Assembly: GCA_963744145.1 (NCBI GenBank)
Contig: CAVUSO010000001.1
Coordinates: forward strand, 1,184,001 to 1,248,000
Reading direction: 5' to 3'
Length of the DNA: 64,000 bases
DNA from: an uncultured cyanobacterium
Lineage (GTDB): Bacteria; Cyanobacteriota; Cyanobacteriia; Cyanobacteriales; CAWUOF01
Part shown: piece by piece, positions 10,406-20,513 of the stretch
Layout of the letters: every line of letters begins with the position of its first letter
How positions within the stretch are numbered: position 1 is the stretch's first letter
Program-made: the position numbers and the translations under genes
The notes under the pieces: generated by a model
Databases searched by the model: none
What the model was told of the DNA's origin: nothing
The model's input: only the letters and a program-made list of their open reading frames with translations

Positions 10406-10695
10406 AATACCTTCGCTTCTGCCAATACTCGATCCTTAATAAAACGACTCAATCCTTTCTCAGTAACAATATCCACTTTGCAACCAAGCAAATCCTGTAA
10501 ATCCATTAATAAACCTCCTGGAAACCAAGGCGAAATTTTCTTTAAATCGTAATCAACTAGAAAATCAATATCACTATTCTCTGCTTCTTCACCCCGCGCT
10601 ACTGAGCCAAATACTCGGACATTAAACGCTCCATGTTTAGCTGCTATATCTAGAATATCAGTCCGTTTTTCTGCTAAGAGTTTTTGTAATTTCAT
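10402..10695 (-). CDS. MNT-family minimal nucleotidyltransferase antitoxin
   Basis: VFGSVARGE...SDIDFLVD motif, 97 aa. Confidence 0.9.
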   Translation of the reverse strand: MKLQKLLAEKRTDILDIAAKHGAFNVRVFGSVARGEEAENSDIDFLVDYDLKKISPWFPGGLLMDLQDLLGCKVDIVTEKGLSRFIKDRVLAEAKVL

Positions 10696-11004
10696 AATAC
10701 TAGCTCCACATTATCTAAATTATAGCTCAATCCATCAACAAAATTATCAGAAAATAAATTGCTCTTTCTAGCTGAAACTCTCTCGGCTTCTAACAATCTT
10801 TGCTCGATTAACTCTGCTTTTCTGGTTTGGATCGCAAAATAGGTTTGAGCGAAAGCTATTTCTTGTTTACGAGGATCGCCATTTTGAGCTATGAGATAAC
10901 AAGCATAACGAGTTAACATTATATCGTCTATCTCGCGATGACTTCCTGAACCAAGATCAACGATTTTATTGACGGAGGCAAAATGGTCAACAATTTCCCG
11001 TTTA

Positions 11005-11946
11005 GGTAGTGCCAAAGATGTAGTGAAAAGCTTTTAAACAGATAAAGACATATTATAGTGATGAATAAAATACCAGATCGCACCGATATGGTTTTCCAGT
11101 TTTTTTGAAAAAGAAAGAGTTTCTCTAACTAATCGAGAAATTCTTTGACGCATTGTGTTATTAAAACGTTCAATATGATTAGTTTTTCCGGTTTCTTTAC
11201 CAACAGGTTTATGGCGTTTTTGGGGAAAAATTTTCCCATAAGCTGCCCAAAAATCAGGATAACAAACAGCGCATTGGCGATAAATTGGTGGCAAAGATTC
11301 CCACAATTTTTTCGCGCCTGCCTCACTCCGATCGCCAATATGAACACCAACGATTTCACGAGTATCTTTATCTAATGCCAACCAAATCCACTGTTTATTA
11401 TTTTTATTTTGAACAAAGGACCAAGCCTCATCACATTCAATCGTTAATCTCCCCTTTTTTTTTCCGGAAACCTGTACCTGTTGAGGAATTTTGGCATATT
11501 TGTCATTAACGTATTTTTGTAACCAGGTTTCTGACACACCAACAGCACGAGCAATTCCTGCTAGCGGAATTTTTTCTAATAAAAGTCGATCAATTAATTC
11601 TTTAACTTCGGCAGAAATTACCTTCTTCGTAGGATTTTCAATAAACTGTCTTTTACAGTTCTGACACTGATATTTCTGTTTTTTATTATGAATTCTACCA
11701 TTTTTGACCACATGGCTAGAACCACAATTAGGGCAACTAAGTTTTTCGTTTGACATCCTGTAATAAACCGAGAAATTTGATTAGATTATTTTCAGATTAG
11801 CAGATTTTTCTCCAAATTAGAATGAGGAAATTCTATCTACTTAATCTAAATTAATAATTATTATTAATAGTCAGACTCATAATTAAGTAATAACAAGTAA
11901 ATTTGAACAGGAAAAATTTGCTCATCACTACATTTTTGGCACTACC
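11005..11946 (-). mobile_element. IS1-family insertion sequence
   Basis: IRs GGTAGTGCCAAAgATGTAGTGA / TCACTACATtTTTGGCACTACC; 8-bp duplication CCCGTTTA (10997-11004, 11947-11954). Confidence 0.93.
11034..11756 (-). CDS. IS1 transposase (fused InsA-InsB)
   Basis: Zn ribbon CPNC...CQNC, HTH, ECDEAWSFV, TNHIERFNNT, RETLSFSKK. Confidence 0.93.
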   Translation of the reverse strand: MSNEKLSCPNCGSSHVVKNGRIHNKKQKYQCQNCKRQFIENPTKKVISAEVKELIDRLLLEKIPLAGIARAVGVSETWLQKYVNDKYAKIPQQVQVSGKKKGRLTIECDEAWSFVQNKNNKQWIWLALDKDTREIVGVHIGDRSEAGAKKLWESLPPIYRQCAVCYPDFWAAYGKIFPQKRHKPVGKETGKTNHIERFNNTMRQRISRLVRETLSFSKKLENHIGAIWYFIHHYNMSLSV

Positions 11947-12079
11947 CCCGTTTAGACACTTCACAAGCTGTCGCTATATTTTACAGGTTACACTCAAGAG
12001 AGATTAATCGCTGAAATGATTACTTGGTAAGTATTTTACAGGTTACCTTTGCCGATTAATTCCAGGCTAGCTAATTTGT

Positions 12080-12614
12080 TTGAGAGCGATCGCTATTCTC
12101 CTCCTGATGCTGAATATAAATATGCTCTAAAACCTATCCGACTATTGTTGTGTTTAAATAAATAGTGTAAATTCTAAAAATAATATGAAAGAGAGGGCAA
12201 AGCTCATGAACAACGAAGAAGACACAAAGAGGGCGAAACTCATAGACCTGGGCATACAACTGGGTGATCTGACTGTTGCACTGCTGATAAATATCGTACA
12301 AGAAGAAGAAGGAAGATTACACGTATTGATTCAGTTATATCCGACAGATGGAGAAGACTATTTACCCCCTAATCTGAGAATAACATTATTGTCTAAAGTT
12401 GGTAAAATTCTCCAAGAAGTTACTTCTCGCAGTCAAGATAACTATATTCAACTTAAACCCTTTAAAGGTGAAGTTGGAAGAGTATTTTGTGTCAAAGTCG
12501 AATTAGGAGATATATCCGTACAAGAAGAGTTTGAACTTTGAAAAAAGCCGCGATCGCTACTCTCTTTATAATGGTAATGGTTGAGAGTGATCGCTATTTC
12601 TCTCCTCGTGCCGA
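12080..12614. repeat. 34-bp imperfect direct repeats (12080-12113, 12581-12614) flanking the 118-aa gene
   Basis: TTGAGAG(c/t)GATCGCTATT...CTCCT..TGC.GA, 27/34 identical. Confidence 0.65.
12185..12541 (+). CDS. Stand-alone DUF1822-like C-terminal domain
   Basis: RAKLIDLGIQLG...YLPPNL...QEVTSRSQDNYIQLKPFKGE...EEF matches the C-terminal part of DUF1822 proteins. Confidence 0.7.
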   Translation: MKERAKLMNNEEDTKRAKLIDLGIQLGDLTVALLINIVQEEEGRLHVLIQLYPTDGEDYLPPNLRITLLSKVGKILQEVTSRSQDNYIQLKPFKGEVGRVFCVKVELGDISVQEEFEL

Positions 12615-12688
12615 CTGTCTACTTTGAGCAAGTTTGGAAATATTTCAAACTTTGACGAGAGAATAATAGTTTTGCGTTGATATGGGCG

Positions 12689-13871
12689 ATCGTAATTCTC
12701 AGAAAATTAAGCTCTGCTGCTACTGGGGACGATCACAAATATCTATTAATCTTGTAAGGAAAAAATGTTTGACACTTGAGTATCATTCAAAGCCATATCA
12801 TATACACGAAGATCGCTAAAACTCCCTTTTGGAGCAAACTTATAATAAAAACCAATTAGAGAACGACCTATTTTAAAATCATTACCATTGGCAATATTAG
12901 CAATTCCATTTCCAGTATTACTTCCTGACAATACTCCATCAACATATAGCCTTAAGAATTTATCTTGGCGCACTACTGCTACATGATGCCATTTTCCATC
13001 ATTAAAACCTGCGGTTTTGCTTTCTACATTTATGTAATTAGTTCCATTTTCATCTTGATCTACTTCGGCTGTAATCAGACCATTAGCTCTAGATTCATGT
13101 TTGCCCATCATCCTAATAGATACAAAATTACCATGTGAACCAGCAGTTCTATTACCTACCAAATCAAAAGCTCTATAAGCTTCGAGTGTTTGCACCCAAA
13201 AAGCTATGGTAAAATCATGAATACCAAATTGACCGATTTTTTCACCAAAAGATACATAAGAATCATCTGAGCCATCAATCTGTACTGATGGTTTTCCTCC
13301 ATGTTCTTGGTTATCAACTACAGCATTTGATATTAAACTACTAATTTGTGATTTATTTTTTTTTGATATAGCTGTTCCTTGAGGTGCAATACCTGGAAAA
13401 ATCCCTTTTAATGGCGCTTGATTAGGACAACAACCAAACAGCAGAAAAACTATGATCCCATATATTAGCAAACTACCAGGACTGGAAAACTTGATTACTT
13501 GCATATAAGTCGTTTTTTATTTTTATGCTTTACAATTCTAATTGTTCTGCACCACATTTTACTACATGGCTATAATCTTTTATCTCACTTTCCGCACTTC
13601 TTAATATTTAATTAATAATTATGACTAATGTATCGCTGACAACTTATTCCTGGTATAAATTATAGCTATAATTTTGGATTTTTCTCAATGTGAAAAAAAA
13701 TATTGATGAATTACTTTTAATATCTATTTCTAGAATAGCAATTTTTTGTAAACGCATCTGAGGGAGTTTGACAATATATAAAAATATATGCAGATGTGCG
13801 GAATGGGAGTTTTATTGGTAATGAAGGTAATCGCAATTCTCAGAAAATTAGGCTCTGCTGCTACTGGGGAC
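12689..13871. repeat. 42-bp direct repeats (12689-12730, 13830-13871) flanking the LamG gene
   Basis: ATCG(t/c)AATTCTCAGAAAATTA(a/g)GCTCTGCTGCTACTGGGGAC, 40/42 identical. Confidence 0.9.
12746..13504 (-). CDS. LamG-like jelly-roll (Laminin_G_3) putative lipoprotein
   Basis: DFTIAFWV, DGKWHHVAVVR, LYVDG, FKIGR, SDLRVYD; lipobox-like LLFGC. Confidence 0.8.
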   Translation of the reverse strand: MQVIKFSSPGSLLIYGIIVFLLFGCCPNQAPLKGIFPGIAPQGTAISKKNKSQISSLISNAVVDNQEHGGKPSVQIDGSDDSYVSFGEKIGQFGIHDFTIAFWVQTLEAYRAFDLVGNRTAGSHGNFVSIRMMGKHESRANGLITAEVDQDENGTNYINVESKTAGFNDGKWHHVAVVRQDKFLRLYVDGVLSGSNTGNGIANIANGNDFKIGRSLIGFYYKFAPKGSFSDLRVYDMALNDTQVSNIFSLQD

Positions 13872-13952
13872 TACTGTTAGATTCGGGACTGGTTTAGTGC
13901 GATCGCCACCAATAAGACCAGTTTCGGGATTAAGTGCGATCGCCAATAAACA

Positions 13953-15593
13953 CTATTTGCGAATCGTCCCATCAGGCATAGTTGTACCAATTAGAATAGC
14001 ACCATCTAGCTTTGCATTTGTTAGATTTGCTCCAGTCAAGTTTGATTCTCTTAAGTTAGTTTTTTCTAAATTAGCACCTTGAAGATTTGCACCGATTAAA
14101 TTAGCAGAGGCTAAATTTGTAGTAGTTAAATTTAAGTTACTAAGGTTAGCCCAACATAAATTTGCTTGACTTAAATCTGCTCCTACTAAATTAGCTCCAG
14201 ATAAATTTGCTTGACTTAAATCCGCTCCTACTAAATTAGCTCCAGATAAATTTGCTTGACTTAAATCTGCTCCTACTAAATTTGTTATTGATAAATTAGT
14301 AGAATTTAGATTTGTTTGAACTAATTTTGCTCCTACTAAGTTTGCGAATGTTAAATTAGCACGATAAAGATTGGCTTTATTTAAAATTGCTTCATTTAGA
14401 TTAGCTGCAATAAGGGTTGCCGATATTAGACTTGCCATGCTTAAGTCTGATTTAGTCAAATTAGCCCCAATAAAATTCACATGATTTAATTGCGCTGAAC
14501 TTAAGTCTGATTTGTACAAATCAATTCCTGCTAATACAAGATCGCTTAAATTAAAACCAGCTAAATTTACTTCGGACGCGGCTCCTCTCATTCCAATAAA
14601 TTTAGCACCTACTGATATAGGGTCAAAATTGGCAGGGAATATAGTTTTTGAGTTATATAATATACCACGAAGTTTAGCTTTAGTAAGATTTGTATTTGAT
14701 AAATTAACTCCAAATAAATTTGCATTACTCAAATTAGAATCACTTAAATTTGCATCAGTTAGGTTTGCATTAGTTAAATTAGCTTCACTTAGGTTTGCTT
14801 TTTGTAGATTTGCTTGTTTTAGGATTGTTCCAGATAAGTTAGCTTTACACAAATCTGTTTGATATAAATTTGCTTCAGTTAAATTCGTACTGCTTAAATT
14901 TATCTCTTTTAAAACTGCTTTTCTTAGATTTGCACCATTTAGATAACTTGAAATTAATAGACAATTACTTAGATTAGTATTATTTAGATTAGCATTACTT
15001 AAGTTGGTTTGTATTGAAAAACTTCGTGTACTTAAATTAGCCCCTCCTAAATTAATTCCAGGAAATTGATTTTTTTTCTCGCCAATTTGTTTCAGAAATT
15101 CTTCAACTACGATCGCTGTTACTGGCTCTATCTCCTCATCTAAGTCTTCTTGCTCATCAATTTCTGGTGGCGCTGATGAATCACTTATTTCTGATTCTGA
15201 TATGCTAGAGTTTGATTCTAACTGCTTTTGTAGTTCTACAATTTGTTTTAGACTGCCTCTCCTTCTAGTTCTTCGTTTCAGCAATGATTCAACCGCGATC
15301 GCAACAGAATTTATATTATCTTCTAAGTTTTCTTCCTCATCAAGTCCTGGGATAGTTGTTTCTGATGAATCACTCGTTTCTGATACGCTAGAGTTTGATT
15401 CTAACTGCTGCTGTAGTTCTGTAATCTGTTTTTGAATTTCCTCTATTTGTTGGAGTTCTGGACGATTACTAAATTGTTGGTTCAAGTTATCTAACTGTTG
15501 TTTTAGTCCCACCAGATATTTTTTAAACACACCTTGCTGCTTTTCAATTTGTTCAATCTTGGTCGCTAAGGTGCTTAAGTCCTGATCACTCAT
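13953..15593 (-). CDS. Pentapeptide-repeat protein with N-terminal coiled coil
   Basis: Long A(N/D)LxxA runs, C-terminal TTMPDGT; duplicated ELQxQLESNSS block; three 45-bp tandem units near 14155-14283. Confidence 0.9.
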   Translation of the reverse strand: MSDQDLSTLATKIEQIEKQQGVFKKYLVGLKQQLDNLNQQFSNRPELQQIEEIQKQITELQQQLESNSSVSETSDSSETTIPGLDEEENLEDNINSVAIAVESLLKRRTRRRGSLKQIVELQKQLESNSSISESEISDSSAPPEIDEQEDLDEEIEPVTAIVVEEFLKQIGEKKNQFPGINLGGANLSTRSFSIQTNLSNANLNNTNLSNCLLISSYLNGANLRKAVLKEINLSSTNLTEANLYQTDLCKANLSGTILKQANLQKANLSEANLTNANLTDANLSDSNLSNANLFGVNLSNTNLTKAKLRGILYNSKTIFPANFDPISVGAKFIGMRGAASEVNLAGFNLSDLVLAGIDLYKSDLSSAQLNHVNFIGANLTKSDLSMASLISATLIAANLNEAILNKANLYRANLTFANLVGAKLVQTNLNSTNLSITNLVGADLSQANLSGANLVGADLSQANLSGANLVGADLSQANLCWANLSNLNLTTTNLASANLIGANLQGANLEKTNLRESNLTGANLTNAKLDGAILIGTTMPDGTIRK

Positions 15594-16227
15594 AATTTTG
15601 ATGAATTAGTTTTGATATTATTTTATAACCTTTCAGCTATAGGATGATTGTTTCTCGTTAAATGACCAATAATCAATAATCGGGGGACGTTATAGGAGTG
15701 ATTGGGGCTGAAATTGCTAGTGGGACTGATTGATGACTGGTTGCTGGTTTGATTGTGGGGTTTAGTGCGATCGCTTCTAGTTAAACCCATATTCCACACA
15801 ACAAACATACTACAACCCATTTTCAACCAATAAAGTGGATTACAAGCCTACTTATTGAGAATAGAGTCAATAATGCTTGTAGGATGAAGTTATCTTCAGC
15901 AATCCTTTAACGCTTATGGAATCAAGCTTTTGACAATTCAATCTAAATACTACATTTTAAAGTGCCGAATGTGGGTCATGAAGTTTTGTTACAAATTCAA
16001 TCGATTTTGCATAAAAATCGAGCCTTTCCTCAGATAGATAGTTAGACCTAAGCAAAATGCCAGAAATCAACAACCTGGCTTCCAATTAATATCAATTTCA
16101 TAAATTAGCACTACAGATGAGACAGGTGGATCAGATGTAGTCAAAATTTAAAGAATTGATATAAGTCCTACCCAAAAAAACGCAGAAGTAAAGTAATTAA
16201 CTTAAAAACTACCATTGGAGCTGTACC

Positions 16228-18675
16228 ATGTTAGAACTTTTGAACAAGAACAATAACCAGCTAAATATATCTGGTAATAACAGTACGATCACACCTTTGA
16301 CTAATTTAGGAGCAACTAATCAAATTCCGCAACTAGCTCATAACCTTCCTGTTCCTGGATCTAGCAATCAGGATGCTGATACTCTAAATTTAAAGACAAA
16401 TATTAGTGTTATTTCTGCTAATATTTTGTCTAGCATTTTGTCAACTAATTATCAACAATTAGGAAACTCTCAAATTAGTCTTCCATATTCCAATACTGCG
16501 ACAGCTAATCACCCCGATGTTCTCACTGAAGCCCTGAAAATAGCTGATGATAATATTTATAAATTTTTGCAAGGTGAAGACTACCTTACTGGGATGAAAT
16601 TAGCTTTTGATAAACCTCTAACTGATTCTAGAATCACTGAAATAAAAGATGAGTTACTTGGCAGTTATAAAGGTGGACAATTTACCGATTTACCATCTAT
16701 CAAATTAGAACCTGCTTCTGCAATGCCAAATGCTAATGCAGCTTTTTCGCCAGATAATTACAAAATTTATGTAAACCAAGATTTTGTTAATACAGCAAGT
16801 CAAGAGCAATTAGTTAGTGTTTTGGAAGAAGAAAAAGGTCATGCGATCGATACCTTACTCAGTCCTGCTGCTTCAAAAGGTGAGGGAGGGGAATTATTTG
16901 CTGATATTGTCGATGGTAAGCAATTAAGTCAGGCTTCGATTAATTCAATTAAACAAGAAAGTGACAAGGCTGTTTTGTTCCTAGATGGTAAAAATAGATT
17001 GGTGAGAGAATCTTCTCAAGTGAGTATCATATCTCAAACACCTGATAGTGGTATGGGACAACTCAATACTACTGCTAATTTCCGCTTTAATCCTTACGTT
17101 AACAACAGTACACTGATAGATCAAGAAGCACAAGGCACCACATTCACACTCTTAAATAGTGTCACAACTAACGACCCCGTTTATCAAAATTGGGAACAAG
17201 TTAAACTCAATGATGGTCGTGTCGGTTACTTCTATAAACAGTTTGTCGATCAAATCACTTCTATAACCCCTGATAGCGGGACTGGACAACTCAATACTAC
17301 TGCTAATTTCCGCTCCAACCCTTTCGTTAGTAACAGTACCTTCATAGATCAAGAATCACAGGGTACTACCTTCACGCTTTTAGATACTGTCACCACTAAT
17401 GACCCTGTTTATCAAAATTGGGAAAAGGTTCAACTTAATGATGGTCGCACTGGTTACTTTTATAAACAGTTTATTAATCAGATCGGTCCAAAAATTATCT
17501 CTACAACCCCCGACAATGGTACTGGACAACTCAATACTACTGCTAATTTCCGCTCCAGCCCTTTCGTTAGTAACAGTACCTTCATAGATCAAGAATCACA
17601 GGGTACTACCTTCACGCTTTTAGATACTGTCACCACTAATGATCCCGTTTACAAAACTTGGGAGCAAGTTAAACTCAATGATGGTCGTGTCGGCTACTTC
17701 TATAAACAGTTTGTTGATTCAGTAGGTCCTAAGATTATTTCCACTACTCCTGATAATGGTACTGGACAACTCAATACTACTGCTAATTTCCGCTCCAACC
17801 CTTTCGTTAACAACAGTACCCTGATAGATCAAGAAGCACAAGGTACTACTTTTAAACTTTTAGCAAGTATCACAACTAATGACCCTGTTTATCAAAATTG
17901 GGAAAAAGTTCAACTTAATAATGGTAATGTTGGTTACTTCTACAAACCATTTGTTTCTCCAGTAAGTTCCCCAACCAACCCTGCAAATATTACCATTGGA
18001 TTTGATCGTGCAGCAGCTTTTAGTATAGATGAGGCTAATCAACTCAAGCAAAATTATGGAGCATCTTGGTTAAATGTTTATATTGGCGGGCCTTTTTTCA
18101 GTAAATCCAATACATCATGGACTCCTACTATTGTTAAGCAAATAGGTGATCTAGGGTTTAAATTTTTATCTACCTATGTAGGTCAACAGCAGGGGGGAAA
18201 TTTAACATCTAATCAAGGACAAACAGATGGTACAGACGCTGTAAACTTAATGAATAAGTATGGATGGAAAGCAAACACAGGTAGTATTGTCTGTCTAGAT
18301 GTTGAACAAGCAACATTTGATTCAAATCCTGCGGGAACAATTTCTTACATAAATAGTTGGGTTTCTAAAGTTGAATCACAGGGATATAAGACTGCTGTAT
18401 ATGGTAATCCTAGCACCCTTAATACCCTTTCTTCCCAAAGCACACTTCCTGATTATATTTGGCTTGCCCATTATGGCTCTAATTACAAAATACAGATGCC
18501 TGCCCATTTACCCTCATTAGATCCAAATAACGATACATTTCCAAATCCTACTTTAAAAAGTGGTCCGTGGCAAAACCGTCGTGCTTGGCAGTTTGCAGGC
18601 GATGTCAGCATCAAAGGTTTTAGTGATATTGACATTGACTATGCAAATATGCCAATGAATTCTAAGCCAGCCTAA
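16228..18675 (+). CDS. Multidomain putative cell-wall hydrolase: EExGH..D domain + 4 SH3-like repeats + GH25/DUF1906-like TIM barrel
   Basis: VLEEEKGHAID; four TPD.G.GQLNTTANFR...W..V.L.DGR.GYFYK repeats; CLDVE, TAVYG, IWLAHY, AWQF, DIDIDY. Confidence 0.7.
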   Translation: MLELLNKNNNQLNISGNNSTITPLTNLGATNQIPQLAHNLPVPGSSNQDADTLNLKTNISVISANILSSILSTNYQQLGNSQISLPYSNTATANHPDVLTEALKIADDNIYKFLQGEDYLTGMKLAFDKPLTDSRITEIKDELLGSYKGGQFTDLPSIKLEPASAMPNANAAFSPDNYKIYVNQDFVNTASQEQLVSVLEEEKGHAIDTLLSPAASKGEGGELFADIVDGKQLSQASINSIKQESDKAVLFLDGKNRLVRESSQVSIISQTPDSGMGQLNTTANFRFNPYVNNSTLIDQEAQGTTFTLLNSVTTNDPVYQNWEQVKLNDGRVGYFYKQFVDQITSITPDSGTGQLNTTANFRSNPFVSNSTFIDQESQGTTFTLLDTVTTNDPVYQNWEKVQLNDGRTGYFYKQFINQIGPKIISTTPDNGTGQLNTTANFRSSPFVSNSTFIDQESQGTTFTLLDTVTTNDPVYKTWEQVKLNDGRVGYFYKQFVDSVGPKIISTTPDNGTGQLNTTANFRSNPFVNNSTLIDQEAQGTTFKLLASITTNDPVYQNWEKVQLNNGNVGYFYKPFVSPVSSPTNPANITIGFDRAAAFSIDEANQLKQNYGASWLNVYIGGPFFSKSNTSWTPTIVKQIGDLGFKFLSTYVGQQQGGNLTSNQGQTDGTDAVNLMNKYGWKANTGSIVCLDVEQATFDSNPAGTISYINSWVSKVESQGYKTAVYGNPSTLNTLSSQSTLPDYIWLAHYGSNYKIQMPAHLPSLDPNNDTFPNPTLKSGPWQNRRAWQFAGDVSIKGFSDIDIDYANMPMNSKPA

Positions 18676-18808
18676 CTTTTAGAAATAGCATATCTGACAC
18701 TTCAAAGTTTAGCTACAACTTAAGTTCATATACATGATGAATTAATTACTATTCTGAAGATGGTGTCAGCATAAAAGCTAAACTTCAAAAAGTAAAACAA
18801 AGGTATAA

Positions 18809-18836
18809 TATGATCGCTATAAATACAGCGATCATA
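18809..18836. terminator. Hairpin downstream of the hydrolase gene
   Basis: TATGATCGCT ... AGCGATCATA inverted repeat followed by TTTT. Confidence 0.45.
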
Positions 18837-19037
18837 TTTTGCTATATTCAATTACATTTCGTAGAGATAAAATAATCGCAAATATCTCCATAAAACCACC
18901 AGAGTGAAAGCTTCTAGTGTGCGATCACTTTCCAATTGGCCAATCTCAGAGCCAGTTATTGCGATCGCACTCCCAAAAGATTTAGAGAAATATTTGCCTG
19001 TCCACAAAAGAAAAAATCCTGCACAAGGCGTCCATAT

Positions 19038-19283
19038 TTACCAAACAAGACACCAAGCACAGAACTCTAAAAAATTTCTTAATCTCATTCTACAAGGCTT
19101 GGTTAATTTGGTCAAATCTGGATAGCAGCAGGGCTCAGTAAATCCCCAAAGGTGCCCTATGTCTACCACAACATCAGCAGCACGCACCATGATGGCATTT
19201 TTGATCCAATCTGGTAACTGTTCCAAAATGATTTGTCCAGCATTGGGTAAGAGTTGCTCGTATTCCTTCGTTTCTTGCATCAT
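19038..19283 (-). pseudogene. Fragment of a small conserved cyanobacterial protein fused to unrelated sequence
   Basis: MQETKE...AGQIILEQLPDWIKNAIMVRA resembles the start of a known small family; the sequence then diverges. Confidence 0.35.
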
Positions 19284-19331
19284 TTCTACTCCATCGGAAT
19301 CTGGGCACTTCTGAACAGTTGATTAGTTTTT

Positions 19332-20495
19332 TTATAAATTACCTGATGATTTAATCACAGTTAGCAATTGATCTACTGTATGTTTCCAGGTAAAACGCTC
19401 AGAAACAAACTTAGGACCTGCATGATGAGCATTTTGCCCAAAACTTGGTTGTTCAATTACCTGTAACATTAGAGCAATTAAATGATCGACATTGGGGTTT
19501 AGATAAAATCTGGTTTGATCATCGATGATTGATGATTCTAGTTTACTCTCGATCGCTAAAGCAAACTCTGGATCGGTAAAATCATCAGTGGAACTACCTT
19601 GAGTAGAAATAACTGGTAAACCACAAGCGATCGCTTCTAATACTGGTAAATTAAATCCTGCTCCTAAATGGGGGGAAACATAAGCATCGGCAATTTGATA
19701 TAAACGCGCCATTTCTGAAAATGCGAGATGATTACCAATATATAATATATGAGACATTACCTGATTGAGCTGACGATCAGAAAAAAGGGTTTTACCTACA
19801 GTTAAGAGACATTCTTTATAAGAGTAGAAATTATCTAAGCCTTTAAAAATTAACCTGGCTTGGGGATATTTGTCAACAACTACGGCAAAAGCTTTCAATA
19901 ATGGAGTAATTCCTTTGACAGAAATCATCCCACCAATATTCAAAAAAACAAAATTATTCTCCAAGTTAAATTCTTGACGTAATATCTTTCGTTGATCTTC
20001 AGCTAAAGGTTGATAGATACTGGGATCTACTCCTAACGGAATAACTACCACTCGATCGGCTTGGGCTCCACTCCGAATAAATCCTTGTCGCGACCATTGA
20101 GAAGGAGTAATAATGATGATATCCAAATTATGATGAACTTCTGCTAAAGAAGAAATATTTAATTCTTCCATTCGGAATTTTTCAAAAACTCCCCATTCTG
20201 TTGTACCAAATATATAAGTTCTTTTACTATTAGATGGGGTAAAATTATAAGGCCAAAAAATTCGATAAGTTGCCTCACTGCTACAATTTGGAGGAGGAGC
20301 TTTAATTTGTTTTAAAGTAATTTCTGCTGTTTCTGGAAATAATCCCGTGATGGATTGCCAATGTTCTTTCCAATAGGGTACATCTTGATGATAAAGTTCT
20401 AAATCCGGATGTTTGAGCATTTCTAAAAGCTGGAATTGGTTAACAATTGCATAGGATTGGGAAAGAAAACGCCATCCTTCAATAATAATTTGCAT
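19332..20495 (-). CDS. GT-B (GT4-like) glycosyltransferase
   Basis: TPSQWS, IPLGVD, KG...LLKAF, ADAYVSP...GFNLPVLEAIACGLPVI. Confidence 0.88.
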   Translation of the reverse strand: MQIIIEGWRFLSQSYAIVNQFQLLEMLKHPDLELYHQDVPYWKEHWQSITGLFPETAEITLKQIKAPPPNCSSEATYRIFWPYNFTPSNSKRTYIFGTTEWGVFEKFRMEELNISSLAEVHHNLDIIIITPSQWSRQGFIRSGAQADRVVVIPLGVDPSIYQPLAEDQRKILRQEFNLENNFVFLNIGGMISVKGITPLLKAFAVVVDKYPQARLIFKGLDNFYSYKECLLTVGKTLFSDRQLNQVMSHILYIGNHLAFSEMARLYQIADAYVSPHLGAGFNLPVLEAIACGLPVISTQGSSTDDFTDPEFALAIESKLESSIIDDQTRFYLNPNVDHLIALMLQVIEQPSFGQNAHHAGPKFVSERFTWKHTVDQLLTVIKSSGNL

Positions 20496-20513
20496 ATCAT
20501 TATTTAGATATTA

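Larger units (their letters stand above)
10765..11975 (-). pseudogene. dinD: Internal dinD (DNA-damage-inducible protein D) fragment interrupted by IS1
   Basis: ATACEVSKR [IS1] EIVDHFASVNKIVDLGSGSHREIDDIMLTRYACYLIAQNGDPRK...AFAQTYFAIQTRKAE; true N- and C-termini absent. Confidence 0.75.

Noticed and set aside
10692..11015. 107-aa ORF as an intact gene
   Set aside because: It starts inside the IS1 end and consists of a dinD fragment plus unrelated tail
15623..15826. 67-aa ORF upstream of the pentapeptide gene
   Set aside because: Weak TTG start, spans a HIP1 repeat and low-complexity sequence; could not be assigned
18904..19125. 73-aa + strand ORF
   Set aside because: Begins in HIP1-rich intergenic sequence; possibly a gene remnant but unassignable
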